A DNA stretch of 62,545 bases from Spirochaetia bacterium. Lineage in GTDB: Bacteria > Spirochaetota > Spirochaetia > CADAEX01. Shown one piece after another: positions 40,947 through 50,804 of this stretch (positions are counted from its first letter, which is position 1; each line of letters begins with the position of its first letter). The translations under genes were made by a program, and so were the position numbers. The notes below the pieces were generated by a model, which was given only the letters and a program-made list of their open reading frames with translations, did no database searches and was not told the DNA's origin. The stretch spans positions 1 to 62,545 of the forward strand of contig CAXXHA010000041.1 in NCBI GenBank assembly GCA_963662265.2. The letters are read 5' to 3'.

Positions 40947-42032
40947 TTAGTTCTCCTGGTTTACAATTTTAATTTTACTGCCGTCAGAAACAAGCCTGTT
41001 CCCTTCTGTTATCAGTACATCGCCGACTTTAAGTCCTTCACTGACTTCAACATCAAGTCCCTGTCTGAAACCTGTTTTAATTTCTCTTCTTACAGCTTTG
41101 TTGCCTTCAGCGATAAATACACATTCCTTATTGTCTTTTGAAAGTATATTTTTCTTTTCAACAACAACAGCATCTTTGTTTTTATAGGTAACAATACTTA
41201 TTTCTGCTGTTACACCGCTTCTGATATTATGGTCATTGTTGTCAAATTCAAGAACAGCCCCGAAAGAGTTTGTTTTCGGATTGAGAGAAAGGTCTGTCTG
41301 TACTACAATCCCCTCTACTGTATATCCTTCCCAGGATGCAGTTGCGCTCATACCTGTTTTTATTCTGTTTATTTCCCTTTCCGGAATCTGAACTTTTGCC
41401 TTTAAAAGGTCATAGTTTGAAACAGTTAAAAGGTGGTCATCAGGATTAACATTTTCTGATGGTCTTACATCAATTCGTGTGATATATCCGTCTATAGGAG
41501 CCTTGACTTCAAGCATATCGTTTACAATGTCCCAGTTTGCCCTGGCCACATCAAGCTGTGTCTTTGCATTATCATAATCCTGTTTTGAAACACCCTTTGT
41601 CTTGTAGAGGCTTTCCATTCTCCTGAATGTATCAGAAGCATTTATATAGCTTGCCTTTGCCTGGTAGTAGTTTGCAGCAGGGTTGTTTTTGGGAAATGTG
41701 ATAACAACAGTATCCTTGGTTACAAAATCACCGACACTGTAAAGCACCTGGTCAACTGTATCTGAAACAGATGAGAATTTACTTGATTCTGTTATTCCGG
41801 TAACAGTAGATGTGTAATTAAGTACTGTATGAAATTCATCCAGTTTTACCGGTTTTACATTAACAGGAATACCTTCGTCCGCGTGGATCTGTGTCATGCT
41901 CCTGTTATCCTGTCCATCAGCTGAAGTTCCGCCAGCTTTGACAGAAGCTTCTTTTGATTGTGTTGTATATGCTACTGTAAATACTGCAACAATCACCAGC
42001 AGTAGTAATAGAATAGTTTTCTTGTATTTCAT
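40947..42032 (-). CDS. RND periplasmic adaptor (MFP)
   Basis: N-terminal anchor, VKAPIDG lipoyl motif, GLKVGD; ATG at 42032 with SD GGAG. Confidence 0.9.
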   Translation of the reverse strand: MKYKKTILLLLLVIVAVFTVAYTTQSKEASVKAGGTSADGQDNRSMTQIHADEGIPVNVKPVKLDEFHTVLNYTSTVTGITESSKFSSVSDTVDQVLYSVGDFVTKDTVVITFPKNNPAANYYQAKASYINASDTFRRMESLYKTKGVSKQDYDNAKTQLDVARANWDIVNDMLEVKAPIDGYITRIDVRPSENVNPDDHLLTVSNYDLLKAKVQIPEREINRIKTGMSATASWEGYTVEGIVVQTDLSLNPKTNSFGAVLEFDNNDHNIRSGVTAEISIVTYKNKDAVVVEKKNILSKDNKECVFIAEGNKAVRREIKTGFRQGLDVEVSEGLKVGDVLITEGNRLVSDGSKIKIVNQEN

Positions 42033-42104
42033 TTTTTCTCTCCAAAATTTTATTATATTCATGGTTTTACCCCATATTTATTACAAATTCCTGACTGAAA
42101 CTGC

Positions 42105-42797
42105 TCAGCTTTTTATCTCTTCAGTTTTTTTTACAGCTTCTTTTGTTTCTGAATTGTTTAAGTCAATATGAGCAGGGCAGAGACCTGTAAGAAAGATATT
42201 AATGATCTTTGCTATATCTGTTTCTGTAAGATCAAGCATGTCCAGTTCCTCTGCATATGTAATGAAATTCATCATTCCGTGAAGAAATGCTGCAGCGGCT
42301 ATGAATTCATGTCGCAGGTTTAAATCCTGTCCTTTGTTAATTTCTATATCTGTTCCTTCGGTAATTTTATTTATCAAGTCTATATAGAAATCCTGCTCAT
42401 CCTTGTGATAATTCTTGTGCCAGTCCTTGAACTCATCAAGTGCAAAAACACCCTGATTAAGGTTCATTAATTTACTGATCTTTCTCAGATTCGGGTCATT
42501 TTTAAACCGTAAAAGCATATCGTTGAATATTGAATAAGATCTTTCATATATTGTTTTCCCTTTTACAAAAGCTTCCCTGGCTATTGTCATGGTTTCTATT
42601 TCCACATATTTATGGATTTCCTTGAATAGTTCAGCTTTATTCTGGAAGTGCCAGTAAACAGCTCCCCTTGTGACGCCGGCTTTTTTTGCAATTTCACTTA
42701 TATTCACATCCGAGTAAAGTTTACTGCTGAATATATCTATTCCGGCTTCAATAAGGGCCTGTTTTGTTTTTTCTGCTTCTTCTTTGGTTTTTCTCAA
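42105..42797 (-). CDS. TetR/AcrR family regulator
   Basis: RKTKEEAEKTK, IAKKAGVTRGAVYWHFQNK; TTG start with SD AGGAGG. Confidence 0.92.
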   Translation of the reverse strand: MRKTKEEAEKTKQALIEAGIDIFSSKLYSDVNISEIAKKAGVTRGAVYWHFQNKAELFKEIHKYVEIETMTIAREAFVKGKTIYERSYSIFNDMLLRFKNDPNLRKISKLMNLNQGVFALDEFKDWHKNYHKDEQDFYIDLINKITEGTDIEINKGQDLNLRHEFIAAAAFLHGMMNFITYAEELDMLDLTETDIAKIINIFLTGLCPAHIDLNNSETKEAVKKTEEIKS

Positions 42798-42812
42798 AAA
42801 GCTTATCCTCCT

Positions 42813-42878
42813 AAACATACATGTATGTATGTTTGCTGATAAAAGATACTGATAACATACATGCACGTCAATATGTTT
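42813..42878 (-). promoter_or_regulatory. Promoter with AcrR-type operator, copy 1
   Basis: TTGACG-17-TATCTT on the minus strand; palindrome AAACATACA-TGTA-TGTATGTTT. Confidence 0.75.
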
Positions 42879-43017
42879 CTTTAACTTTTCTGTTAATTTT
42901 TATTATGTATTCAAACAGTTGAATTATTTTTTTTATAAACTTTAATACTGATTCAAACTGCAGATACTGCAGCATAATATCTGATTTGAATACCTTACTG
43001 TTTTATTATTCCTTTCT

Positions 43018-43071
43018 CTAAAGAGAAGCTACAACAAGCGCAACTGTCGCCAGAAATAAAAAAAACTGCAT
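43018..43071 (-). CDS. Putative 17-aa hydrophobic peptide
   Basis: MQFFLFLATVALVVASL with SD AAGGGGAG, downstream of the duplicated promoter. Confidence 0.45.
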   Translation of the reverse strand: MQFFLFLATVALVVASL

Positions 43072-43137
43072 GATTTCTCCCCTTTAATAAATGAATAAAA
43101 TAACTCATCTGCCTGTGGCTTACTGAGTTATTTTATT

Positions 43138-43208
43138 AAACATACATGTATGTATGTTTAATTGACAATTTAAAGATATAATATACATACATACATGTCA
43201 ATATGTTT
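43138..43208 (-). promoter_or_regulatory. Promoter with AcrR-type operator, copy 2
   Basis: TTGACA-17-TATCTT and an identical 22-bp operator. Confidence 0.75.
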
Positions 43209-43249
43209 AATAGATTTTTATGGTGATTCCGGGTAATTATCTGTTCTGA

Positions 43250-44329
43250 TCAGAATGCCTCCATCAGGCTCATGTAGAACTGGGTCTGATTATCATTGTT
43301 ATAAGCCAGATCAAACCTCAGGTTCAGGTGCTGTTTTTTATCAAGGTTGAACCTGAGTCCGGCGCCTGCTGCTGTTTTTATTTCGCTGAAATCAAACTCA
43401 TTAATGTCAGGTGCAATAGTTCCAGCTCCTGTAAATAAAACTCCTCCAAAACGTCCGGAAATAGGGAAGCGGTATTCAGCCTGTAATACTGCAAGGTGTT
43501 TATCCCTGTATTTACTGAGTAGAAATCCTCTCATTATTCCGAGCAGTGGAAGTTTCTGGAAAGGGACATCACCTGCTGTCATTTCATAGAGTGTATTTAT
43601 CCCTATGACATGATTTCCCGAAATCTGAAAGTAGTTTCTTAAATCCAGTTCCAATCTGTTATAGCTGTAGTCGCTTGCCGCATTTTCATTGAATATTTCC
43701 CATTTCAATGTGTATAGAAATCCCGAAAGAGGATATGAAAAGCTGTCTCTTGTATCGATTTTTATAACAGCTCCACCTCCTGTCTGTGTTATTCCTTCGC
43801 TGCCGGGAATTTCATCTGAAGCAAGTGTTTTTTCCTTTTCAGAGAGTTCATCTGTATAAAATATAAATACAGGGCCAAAGTAAATGCTGTCAGTTATCTC
43901 TGACATCAGGGATAAATTTGTTTCAAGTGAAGTCTCGCTGTATTCCTCTTCCATCTCATCTGTCACATTGATTCCTGTGCCATAGAAGCTGTTTTGTGAG
44001 TTTGTGAAGGCAATACCGGCAGAAATATTGTTAAGATTCCCGTTAAAGTATTTTTCACCTCCCAGTGCTATTGATGCCTGGTTTTTTAATGTATAGGAGA
44101 TTGCTGCTATTGCAGTGTCATGTTTCTGCTCCGGGTTTTCAGGATCGGGATTGTTGTATGCCGATATTGCCAGAGCCATCGCAAGGCTGGTTTCCGGTGA
44201 GTAGCCGATTAAAGGCAGGTAAACAATTCCCCTGTCTTTTTCTGAATTATCTGTATATTCTTCTCCAAACAGTGTGAACGAGGTAAATATGAGTAAAATA
44301 AGAATAAGTCGTTTCGATGCTGTAATCAT
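43250..44329 (-). CDS. Omp85/BamA-TamA family barrel protein without POTRA domains
   Basis: Signal peptide, DTRD, MRGF..YRD, AEYRFP, GAGLRF, C-terminal EAF. Confidence 0.8.
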   Translation of the reverse strand: MITASKRLILILLIFTSFTLFGEEYTDNSEKDRGIVYLPLIGYSPETSLAMALAISAYNNPDPENPEQKHDTAIAAISYTLKNQASIALGGEKYFNGNLNNISAGIAFTNSQNSFYGTGINVTDEMEEEYSETSLETNLSLMSEITDSIYFGPVFIFYTDELSEKEKTLASDEIPGSEGITQTGGGAVIKIDTRDSFSYPLSGFLYTLKWEIFNENAASDYSYNRLELDLRNYFQISGNHVIGINTLYEMTAGDVPFQKLPLLGIMRGFLLSKYRDKHLAVLQAEYRFPISGRFGGVLFTGAGTIAPDINEFDFSEIKTAAGAGLRFNLDKKQHLNLRFDLAYNNDNQTQFYMSLMEAF

Positions 44330-44520
44330 TATATATTTCTCCAAAATGAATATCTGGAAGAAATATAATTTTTTGAGAAAAAACAATCGTCCGGCTGAGA
44401 AAAAAGTGTGTATTTTTTTCAGCTGAACGTCCGGTTAAAAATATTATTTATTGAAACGTTTTAGAAATGCGCATTTTTACTTCGGCAAAGAAGAGGAAAA
44501 GCGCCTGATGAATTCTGACC

Positions 44521-45621
44521 TTACGGGAACTGCTTTTTTCTGTATTCTGATGGTGTCATGTTTACATTTTTTCTGAATATTTCATTGAAAGTTGTTTTTG
44601 AATTGAACCCGGCTTCGAACGCGAGCTCCAGCACAGTTTTATCTTTGTTTGAATTATCTGACAGAAGCTGTTTTGCCTCTGAAATACGATAGCTGTTTAT
44701 GAAAGAATAAAAATTATGTTCACTGCTTGCTATTGCCCTTGTTAGCTGATGGGGAGGTATGTTGATAGCATCTGATAACTGCGAAAGTGTCAGCGAGTTG
44801 TTTTTATAAAGCTTCTCCTTTTCCATGAATATTAATAACTTTCCCAGTAATTCCTGGTCTCTTGTTCCTGTTTTTAGCATCTGCTCTGATATTATGTTCT
44901 CAGATTGGCTTTTTTCATTATCAAGATCTTTAACTTTCATGAAAATTTCAGGCTGCCTCAGTGTGCAGTAGGCAACATAATATATATAGAGGATTGCCAG
45001 TGTTGGATCCAGCCATAATATTATCGGGGGCACAGAAATAATGTTAATTATCAGTAAAAATCTGATGACGGAAAGTGACCATGTCGAAAAAAGCAGAATA
45101 ACCATTATTTTAAGCCATGTAAGTTTCAGGTTTCTTATTTCAGAAAAATAATTTCTTATCTTTATTGAATACCTGTTAAGCCTGTACTGCATGCTGAAGA
45201 GATAAAGGTATGCCTGAATATAGAGTATGACAGAGATTGTTTTATTATCATAAGGTATGCTTTTTTTATAGACAGCATAATGCCAGATCCCATATATAAT
45301 AAAAAGAACTGCCGGGATCAGGTGTAAAAAAAGTTTTTTTTCCAGTTTCTTGATATACCCTGTAAGCAATATTGTATAAATATAGAAGATCGGGCTGTAA
45401 AGAAATGAAATAGACTGCAGAAACACAATCCATTTTTCAGAAACTGAATACTGCTTGAATACATCGAAATAAAAGTCTGCAAGTGCTGCTGATAAAAGGA
45501 AAATTCCTGTTCCCAGAATATGATTTGGCAGGTAGTTTTCTTTCTTGAAGAAAAGTCCTCCTGACAGGAAGAATCCCATCATGAAACTGATAAATAAAAA
45601 AAATGAGTATATTTCGTTCAC
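44521..45621 (-). CDS. Membrane-anchored AraC family regulator
   Basis: Multi-TM N-terminus; NFYSFINSYRI, AFEAGFNSKTTFN, TPSEYR. Confidence 0.9.
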   Translation of the reverse strand: MNEIYSFFLFISFMMGFFLSGGLFFKKENYLPNHILGTGIFLLSAALADFYFDVFKQYSVSEKWIVFLQSISFLYSPIFYIYTILLTGYIKKLEKKLFLHLIPAVLFIIYGIWHYAVYKKSIPYDNKTISVILYIQAYLYLFSMQYRLNRYSIKIRNYFSEIRNLKLTWLKIMVILLFSTWSLSVIRFLLIINIISVPPIILWLDPTLAILYIYYVAYCTLRQPEIFMKVKDLDNEKSQSENIISEQMLKTGTRDQELLGKLLIFMEKEKLYKNNSLTLSQLSDAINIPPHQLTRAIASSEHNFYSFINSYRISEAKQLLSDNSNKDKTVLELAFEAGFNSKTTFNEIFRKNVNMTPSEYRKKQFP

Positions 45622-45695
45622 ATCTTCTCCGGAAAAATATTCCCTGTATCAGCATTCTGAATTGCAGTAAATCAGACAGTTTCCCTGTTCCAGCT

Positions 45696-45785
45696 TAAGC
45701 AAAAGCTGTCTGACAGCTTTTGCAGCATGTAGATCCCTTATAGGGGCAGACTTTAAACCACCTGTTTCGCCGGTGGTTGATGACT
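45696..45785 (+). mobile_element. Internally deleted IS200-like miniature element
   Basis: TAAGCAAAAGC start, CCCTTATAGGGG, AACCACC-n9-GGTGGTTGATGACT; colinear with 31128-31268. Confidence 0.55.
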
Positions 45786-45935
45786 GTTTTTCTGATGATA
45801 AAGTTCTTTCATCAGCTTGAGCCAGCCGCCCGGACCGACATACCTGGGATTGAGTTTGATTTCATTTTTTATTTTTTCTATATCATGAAATTCAGAAGGG
45901 GATAATATTTTTTCTTTATAATCATTTTTCTGCAT
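45753..45935 (-). CDS. Small hypothetical protein whose C-terminus is encoded by the element end
   Basis: ATG 12 nt after the upstream stop, with SD AGGT. Confidence 0.4.
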   Translation of the reverse strand: MQKNDYKEKILSPSEFHDIEKIKNEIKLNPRYVGPGGWLKLMKELYHQKNSHQPPAKQVV

Positions 45936-45947
45936 AATTAATACCTG

Positions 45948-47105
45948 TTAAAAGAATAGTTCCAGCTGAACAGGAGAGCCTGATTTCTCACTCTTTTTTA
46001 TATGTGATGAAGCCGGATTTTTATTATCGGTATTTTTTGCTGACGGCTGAATACTGATTGTTTTTTCAACTTCTGTTTTTATGCAGTCAATTTCTTTATC
46101 ATCACTCCTGTCTGAAGCTTTTTCCCTTATTGTTCTGCCTGCAAGAATATCGGGGTAATGCAGTTGTATTTCTCTTTCAAGAACTGTAAGAATATTGCTG
46201 ATCTGATCTGTCATTTCATCATCAGCCTGAAGTTCAGCTTCGTCAGCTTTTTCTTTTTCAATCTCAATAATAAGATCTGCAAGTATATCAATAAAAGCTT
46301 CTGTATAATTGCTGTCAATTGAATTGTTTCTGAGCTGAATCAGCGCTGATTTCGAGAAAAAAATCAGGCTTAATTCAGGATCCTCTTCTCTGAAAGATAC
46401 TGCTGTAAGCCTGTATGTTTCAGATTCGCCGAAAATAAGTTTCAGGTTTTCAAGAAGCATAGACGGCGACATATCATTCAGGGAGATCTGTCTGAGTCCC
46501 CATGAAGCAAGTTTTTTTGATAAATTCTGGTCTTTGACATAAAGGTCAGAAAGCAGGAGTGTAATATTGTCTGTAAAACGGTCTTCATGACCTGTTTTAA
46601 GATTTGTTTCTATCTGATCAAGGCTTGATTTTACAGAGATACTGTCTTTGATTATATTGTTTATGAAGATCTTTTCTGAATCAGAAAGTCCTGAAATTGA
46701 TGATATTTTGTCCCTGCTGATTATTCTGTAGAAAACCGGGGCAGTCAGGTGAGGTATTGAATCTTCCTCAATTTTTCTGAAAGCTTCATCTGCCTTTGTG
46801 AAATTTTCAGCATACAGATAATAAAGCGATTCAGTAAGGTATTTCCAGTTGGAAAAAAAAGAACTGTCTGAAAGATTTTCAAGTTCATTGAGTATATCTT
46901 CATCATACATACCGTTTGTAACTGCTTCAAATGCATCAGATACAATCCTGGCATCAACTTTCATTATGTCGTTTTCCGGCAGTGATTTTGACCTGCTGAC
47001 ATAAAAAGGATCGATAAAGTGTTTCTTTAATTGAGATTCTATATCCCTGCGGACATCTTCTGTTGTTCCGCAGAGCTGGTTTAATAATGATTTTACTGTG
47101 TTCAT
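45948..47105 (-). CDS. Hypothetical helical protein ending in QLELFF
   Basis: 385-aa ORF; TTGACA upstream. Confidence 0.75.
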   Translation of the reverse strand: MNTVKSLLNQLCGTTEDVRRDIESQLKKHFIDPFYVSRSKSLPENDIMKVDARIVSDAFEAVTNGMYDEDILNELENLSDSSFFSNWKYLTESLYYLYAENFTKADEAFRKIEEDSIPHLTAPVFYRIISRDKISSISGLSDSEKIFINNIIKDSISVKSSLDQIETNLKTGHEDRFTDNITLLLSDLYVKDQNLSKKLASWGLRQISLNDMSPSMLLENLKLIFGESETYRLTAVSFREEDPELSLIFFSKSALIQLRNNSIDSNYTEAFIDILADLIIEIEKEKADEAELQADDEMTDQISNILTVLEREIQLHYPDILAGRTIREKASDRSDDKEIDCIKTEVEKTISIQPSAKNTDNKNPASSHIKKSEKSGSPVQLELFF

Positions 47106-47219
47106 AGGACGAATAAAGGTAAGTTATCGCAATACTTCTGCTCTGTCAACAAAAATCAGGAAAATATAATCTGTTCAGTATGCTGATTTTGCTGAATTGA
47201 ATACCCGACGACTATCCTG

Positions 47220-48365
47220 CTAGAGACTGTCAATTTCTCCCTTTGTCAGAGGTCTTGCTATCTGCATCTTGTTGTTCTGTGCCAGATCAACAACAATTTT
47301 TTCTGTAAGCTTTTCACCGTTTTCCGATGTAAGTACTTTAACAACAGGCTGTTTCGGATTATTCGGTGTTGTTTTAGTTACAACAGCGATTGATTTATTT
47401 GTCAGCTGTACAATTGTTCCGATAGGATAGACCGACAGAGTAAAGACAAGCGCTTTGACTATTTTATCATCATACTGTTTGCCCATATCCTGAAGTATAT
47501 CCATTATACCTGAATGGGGATTTTTACCTTCCTTGAACGGCCTCTTTTCAACTGCTGCGCAATATGATGAAACAACTCCGAGGATTTTTCCATAAAGGGA
47601 TATCTGGTCTCCTGAAATTCTCCTGGGATAACCTGTTCCGTTTATTCTTTCCTGGTGTTCAAGAACAGCCATGGAAGAAGTGTTGGGGAATTCCATTTCC
47701 TTCAGTATTTTAAAACCCAGGATCGGATATGCCTGAATTGCTTTCCATTCATGCTCCTTCAGTTCTTCTGTCTTGGTCAGTATGTTTTCATTTATTTTCA
47801 GCATTCCGATTTTATGCATCATAGCACCCATCCCAAGCTCTATTGTCCTGTGAGGGGGGAACTTAAGAAATTCCGCAAGAGCAATGCTTACAATAGTTGT
47901 TTTTACAGAGTGTGAAATCAGGAAATTATGCTCTGTAGATTTCAGGCTGGAAAAATCCAGGATAAATTCTCTCTTTTCCTTTAGAGTCTGTATAATCTTT
48001 TTTACCTGATCAAGAATCTGCTTGTGGCTTATAAGTTCCTTTAATTTATATGTTTCATATATATTTTCCAGGAATCCGCATATTTCCCTGAAAAACAATT
48101 GTGCTTCTTTTTTTGTCTCTTCCTGAGCAAGATCATCATTAAGGTTTGATGAAATCATGCCCTGGTCTGACATTGAATTAACTGAGGGTTTCTGGCCTTC
48201 CTCGCCGTCTGATTGTACCTGTTTATAATTCCATTTTTTCAGTCGTTCAATCATATCTTCAGCAACAGGGATATCGGAAGTAATTAATATATACTTATCA
48301 TCTAGAAATACAGGCTGTGAATAATATGTATCCGGTTTGAGATTAGTAATATTAATTGTTTTCAT
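47220..48365 (-). CDS. HD-GYP domain protein with degenerate metal ligands
   Basis: HQERINGTGYP; HD replaced by HK; C-terminal YPIGTIVQL domain. Confidence 0.85.
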   Translation of the reverse strand: MKTINITNLKPDTYYSQPVFLDDKYILITSDIPVAEDMIERLKKWNYKQVQSDGEEGQKPSVNSMSDQGMISSNLNDDLAQEETKKEAQLFFREICGFLENIYETYKLKELISHKQILDQVKKIIQTLKEKREFILDFSSLKSTEHNFLISHSVKTTIVSIALAEFLKFPPHRTIELGMGAMMHKIGMLKINENILTKTEELKEHEWKAIQAYPILGFKILKEMEFPNTSSMAVLEHQERINGTGYPRRISGDQISLYGKILGVVSSYCAAVEKRPFKEGKNPHSGIMDILQDMGKQYDDKIVKALVFTLSVYPIGTIVQLTNKSIAVVTKTTPNNPKQPVVKVLTSENGEKLTEKIVVDLAQNNKMQIARPLTKGEIDSL

Positions 48366-48445
48366 ATATTTTAATATCCATGTTCCTTTAAAGTGATATG
48401 TGTTATAGTATATTATATCCTATATATATTATTGGAGAAAATAGC

Positions 48446-49261
48446 TTGAAATATAAATTAATTATTATATTTTTCAATTTTTTTATGTTAATTTCTTTCG
48501 CAGCAGTATTTCTTCTTCCGCTTACAGTTCTTGGATATGATTATGCGAAAAATTTCTGGTTTTCAAACTGGTATCTCCCGGTAGTTTTCATTATCCTGAT
48601 TGCTGTTTTTAATATATTTTTTCTTTCAAACTGGTCAGTTCTCAAGCATGTTGAAGATGAAAACTGGGCTTCACTTAAACCGATTCTTGAAGACAGGATA
48701 TACAACAGGGGAAAAACCAATTATACAAATGTTAAGCTTCTGATAAATTCATATTATCTTACATCAGATATTGATGCTCTTTTCAGGCTTGAAGAACATG
48801 TTGCAGAAAAAAAGCCTTCTGTTTACAGCAAAACTGAACTCATGTTTGTTTCAGGCCGTCTTCTGAAAAATGATTCAGACGCAACTGAAAAATATCTTGA
48901 GGAAAAAATCAGCTCAAGCAGCCAGCCAAATATATGGGTTGAGTTTAATTACTGTTTTACACTTGTGCTTCAGCAGAAATTTGATAAGGCAGCTGAGTTC
49001 CTTCCTTCGCTGATTGAAAGAAGCAGGGACAGGATTGTAAAACTCTGCTCCATATATCTTCTTTTTCTTGCATCAGGCATAAAAGGAAAAGAAATAACTG
49101 ATCCCATGAGAACCGGATTTGTTTCTGAAACAAGCAGGGAAAAAATAGGCAATATAATCAGGAAAGGGAAGGGCGAACTTCATGTCCTCTTTTTTACCAG
49201 GATAATTGATCAGGCTGTCGAGTGGGCCTATGCGGTTGAAGAAAACATGGAGCAGAAATAA
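48446..49261 (+). CDS. Hypothetical membrane protein
   Basis: Two N-terminal TMs then a helical domain; TTG start with SD GGAG. Confidence 0.7.
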   Translation: MKYKLIIIFFNFFMLISFAAVFLLPLTVLGYDYAKNFWFSNWYLPVVFIILIAVFNIFFLSNWSVLKHVEDENWASLKPILEDRIYNRGKTNYTNVKLLINSYYLTSDIDALFRLEEHVAEKKPSVYSKTELMFVSGRLLKNDSDATEKYLEEKISSSSQPNIWVEFNYCFTLVLQQKFDKAAEFLPSLIERSRDRIVKLCSIYLLFLASGIKGKEITDPMRTGFVSETSREKIGNIIRKGKGELHVLFFTRIIDQAVEWAYAVEENMEQK

Positions 49262-49303
49262 TCAGATCATATTCCAGTTTCAATGATTCTGATGGAACTG
49301 GTA

Positions 49304-49335
49304 GATTTATTTACAGGTCGGGTCTAATATCCCGC
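49304..49335. repeat. REP-like palindromic repeat, copy 2
   Basis: 29 of 32 nt match 3502-3533. Confidence 0.55.
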
Positions 49336-49462
49336 AGTTTACTTTGTAATTTTGAAAATGAGTAAGATTCAGATTTTATATAGTTTTTGAGTCCTTGCCC
49401 CGACATACAATCCATTCCTTACAGATCCGCATACACTGCTGCCTGAGGCGGGGTTGTTGTTT

Positions 49463-49813
49463 TTACAGGTATTTTTTCAGCCAAAATGAAGCAACTGAAA
49501 GCAGATAGCTTATTTCCTCCTCTGTAAGTTCTTTCCCCTTTTTTATTCCATGCCATTTTTCCAGACACTTCCTGCAGCACATTCCGGTTGCATGCTGAGC
49601 AATAAAAAACGGGTGATTTCTCATGGGAGTCTGCTTCCCGTCATTATCAATTACTGCAGGTTTGAGACGGTCTGAAATAAAGTCCCTGCCGTGCGAAATA
49701 ATTGTTTCAAGGCCTTTAGACTTCAGATATTCGAGTTCCCTTCCTTTCAGGCGGAATCCCGACCTGAATTTCGATCCGGATAATTTTTCAAATAACTGGC
49801 TATGTTCCTGCAA
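49463..49813 (-). CDS. DUF4186 family protein
   Basis: SKFRSGF, NDGKQTPMRNHP, AQHATGMCCRKCLEKWH. Confidence 0.88.
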   Translation of the reverse strand: MQEHSQLFEKLSGSKFRSGFRLKGRELEYLKSKGLETIISHGRDFISDRLKPAVIDNDGKQTPMRNHPFFIAQHATGMCCRKCLEKWHGIKKGKELTEEEISYLLSVASFWLKKYL

Positions 49814-49928
49814 TTGTGTATTTCCTCTTTATAATTATGCAGGCCGGACATGAATCTACGGGAGAATCAAAACCCGGCCTGAAATCCTGTTATGGTAATT
49901 GGCTGTGTTTTTAAAACCGGATAATTTC

Positions 49929-50804
49929 CTAGACCTCAATACCCAGGGTGAGCCTTATAACATAACCGATTACAAATGAAAGAGCAGCAACCCCGAGGCT
50001 TATCAGTGTCATTTCCAGGAATCTTGCCCTGAAATTATAATCCTTTGCAACTGAGATATAGTAGTTAAAGACAAAAATAATTAAAACTGCAGCCGAAAGA
50101 GTCAGTACAAGAGCTGTCATGTAACTGCTTAAAAGCAGGTAAGGTGCTATCAGTATAAAAACTGTAACAATATATGCAAAGCCGGTATAGACAGATGATT
50201 TTAAAGCATTTTCTCCACCGTCAGTTTTTGTGGAAAGATATTCCGATGCTGCCATTGAAAAAGAAGCTGCAATACCTGTAATAAGCCCTGCAAGCGCAAT
50301 CAGTCTTGTGTTCTGAAGTGCAAATGTAAGACCAGCAAGAGTCCCTGTAAGTTCAACAAGTGCATCGTTCAGTCCCAGAACAACAGAACCGGCATATTCA
50401 AGCCTCTCCTCCCTGATCATGTTTATCAGTTCTTCCTCATGCCTGTCCTCATCTGTAATTATGCTTTCAATTTCAGGGATTTCATCTTTGAAGCTGGCAT
50501 AATTTATCTGAGCTGATTCTTCCCCTTTTTCCATCAGCTTGATGCCGAATGTAATGCCGAAAAGTCTTGATATCCAGTAAAAGAAAAATATTTTGAATTT
50601 TTTCGGAATTCCCTTTTTTCCTGTGTACTGGGTAAATATGTCATGATGCTTTTTCTCATCATTTGAAATTCTTCCAAGAATTTCGGAATTATCAGGGTCT
50701 TTTGTTTTTTTAGAAAGTTTCTTATATATATGGTATTCTGTTATTTCGTTGCACTGTGCTGTAAATATTTTTTCCAGTGTCTGTCTGCTGATTTTATCTT
50801 TCAT
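49929..50804 (-). CDS. Ferritin/rubrerythrin-like domain fused to a VIT1/CCC1 transporter
   Basis: DEKKH and DEDRH ExxH motifs; VLGLNDALVE, SFSMAASEYLS. Confidence 0.88.
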   Translation of the reverse strand: MKDKISRQTLEKIFTAQCNEITEYHIYKKLSKKTKDPDNSEILGRISNDEKKHHDIFTQYTGKKGIPKKFKIFFFYWISRLFGITFGIKLMEKGEESAQINYASFKDEIPEIESIITDEDRHEEELINMIREERLEYAGSVVLGLNDALVELTGTLAGLTFALQNTRLIALAGLITGIAASFSMAASEYLSTKTDGGENALKSSVYTGFAYIVTVFILIAPYLLLSSYMTALVLTLSAAVLIIFVFNYYISVAKDYNFRARFLEMTLISLGVAALSFVIGYVIRLTLGIEV

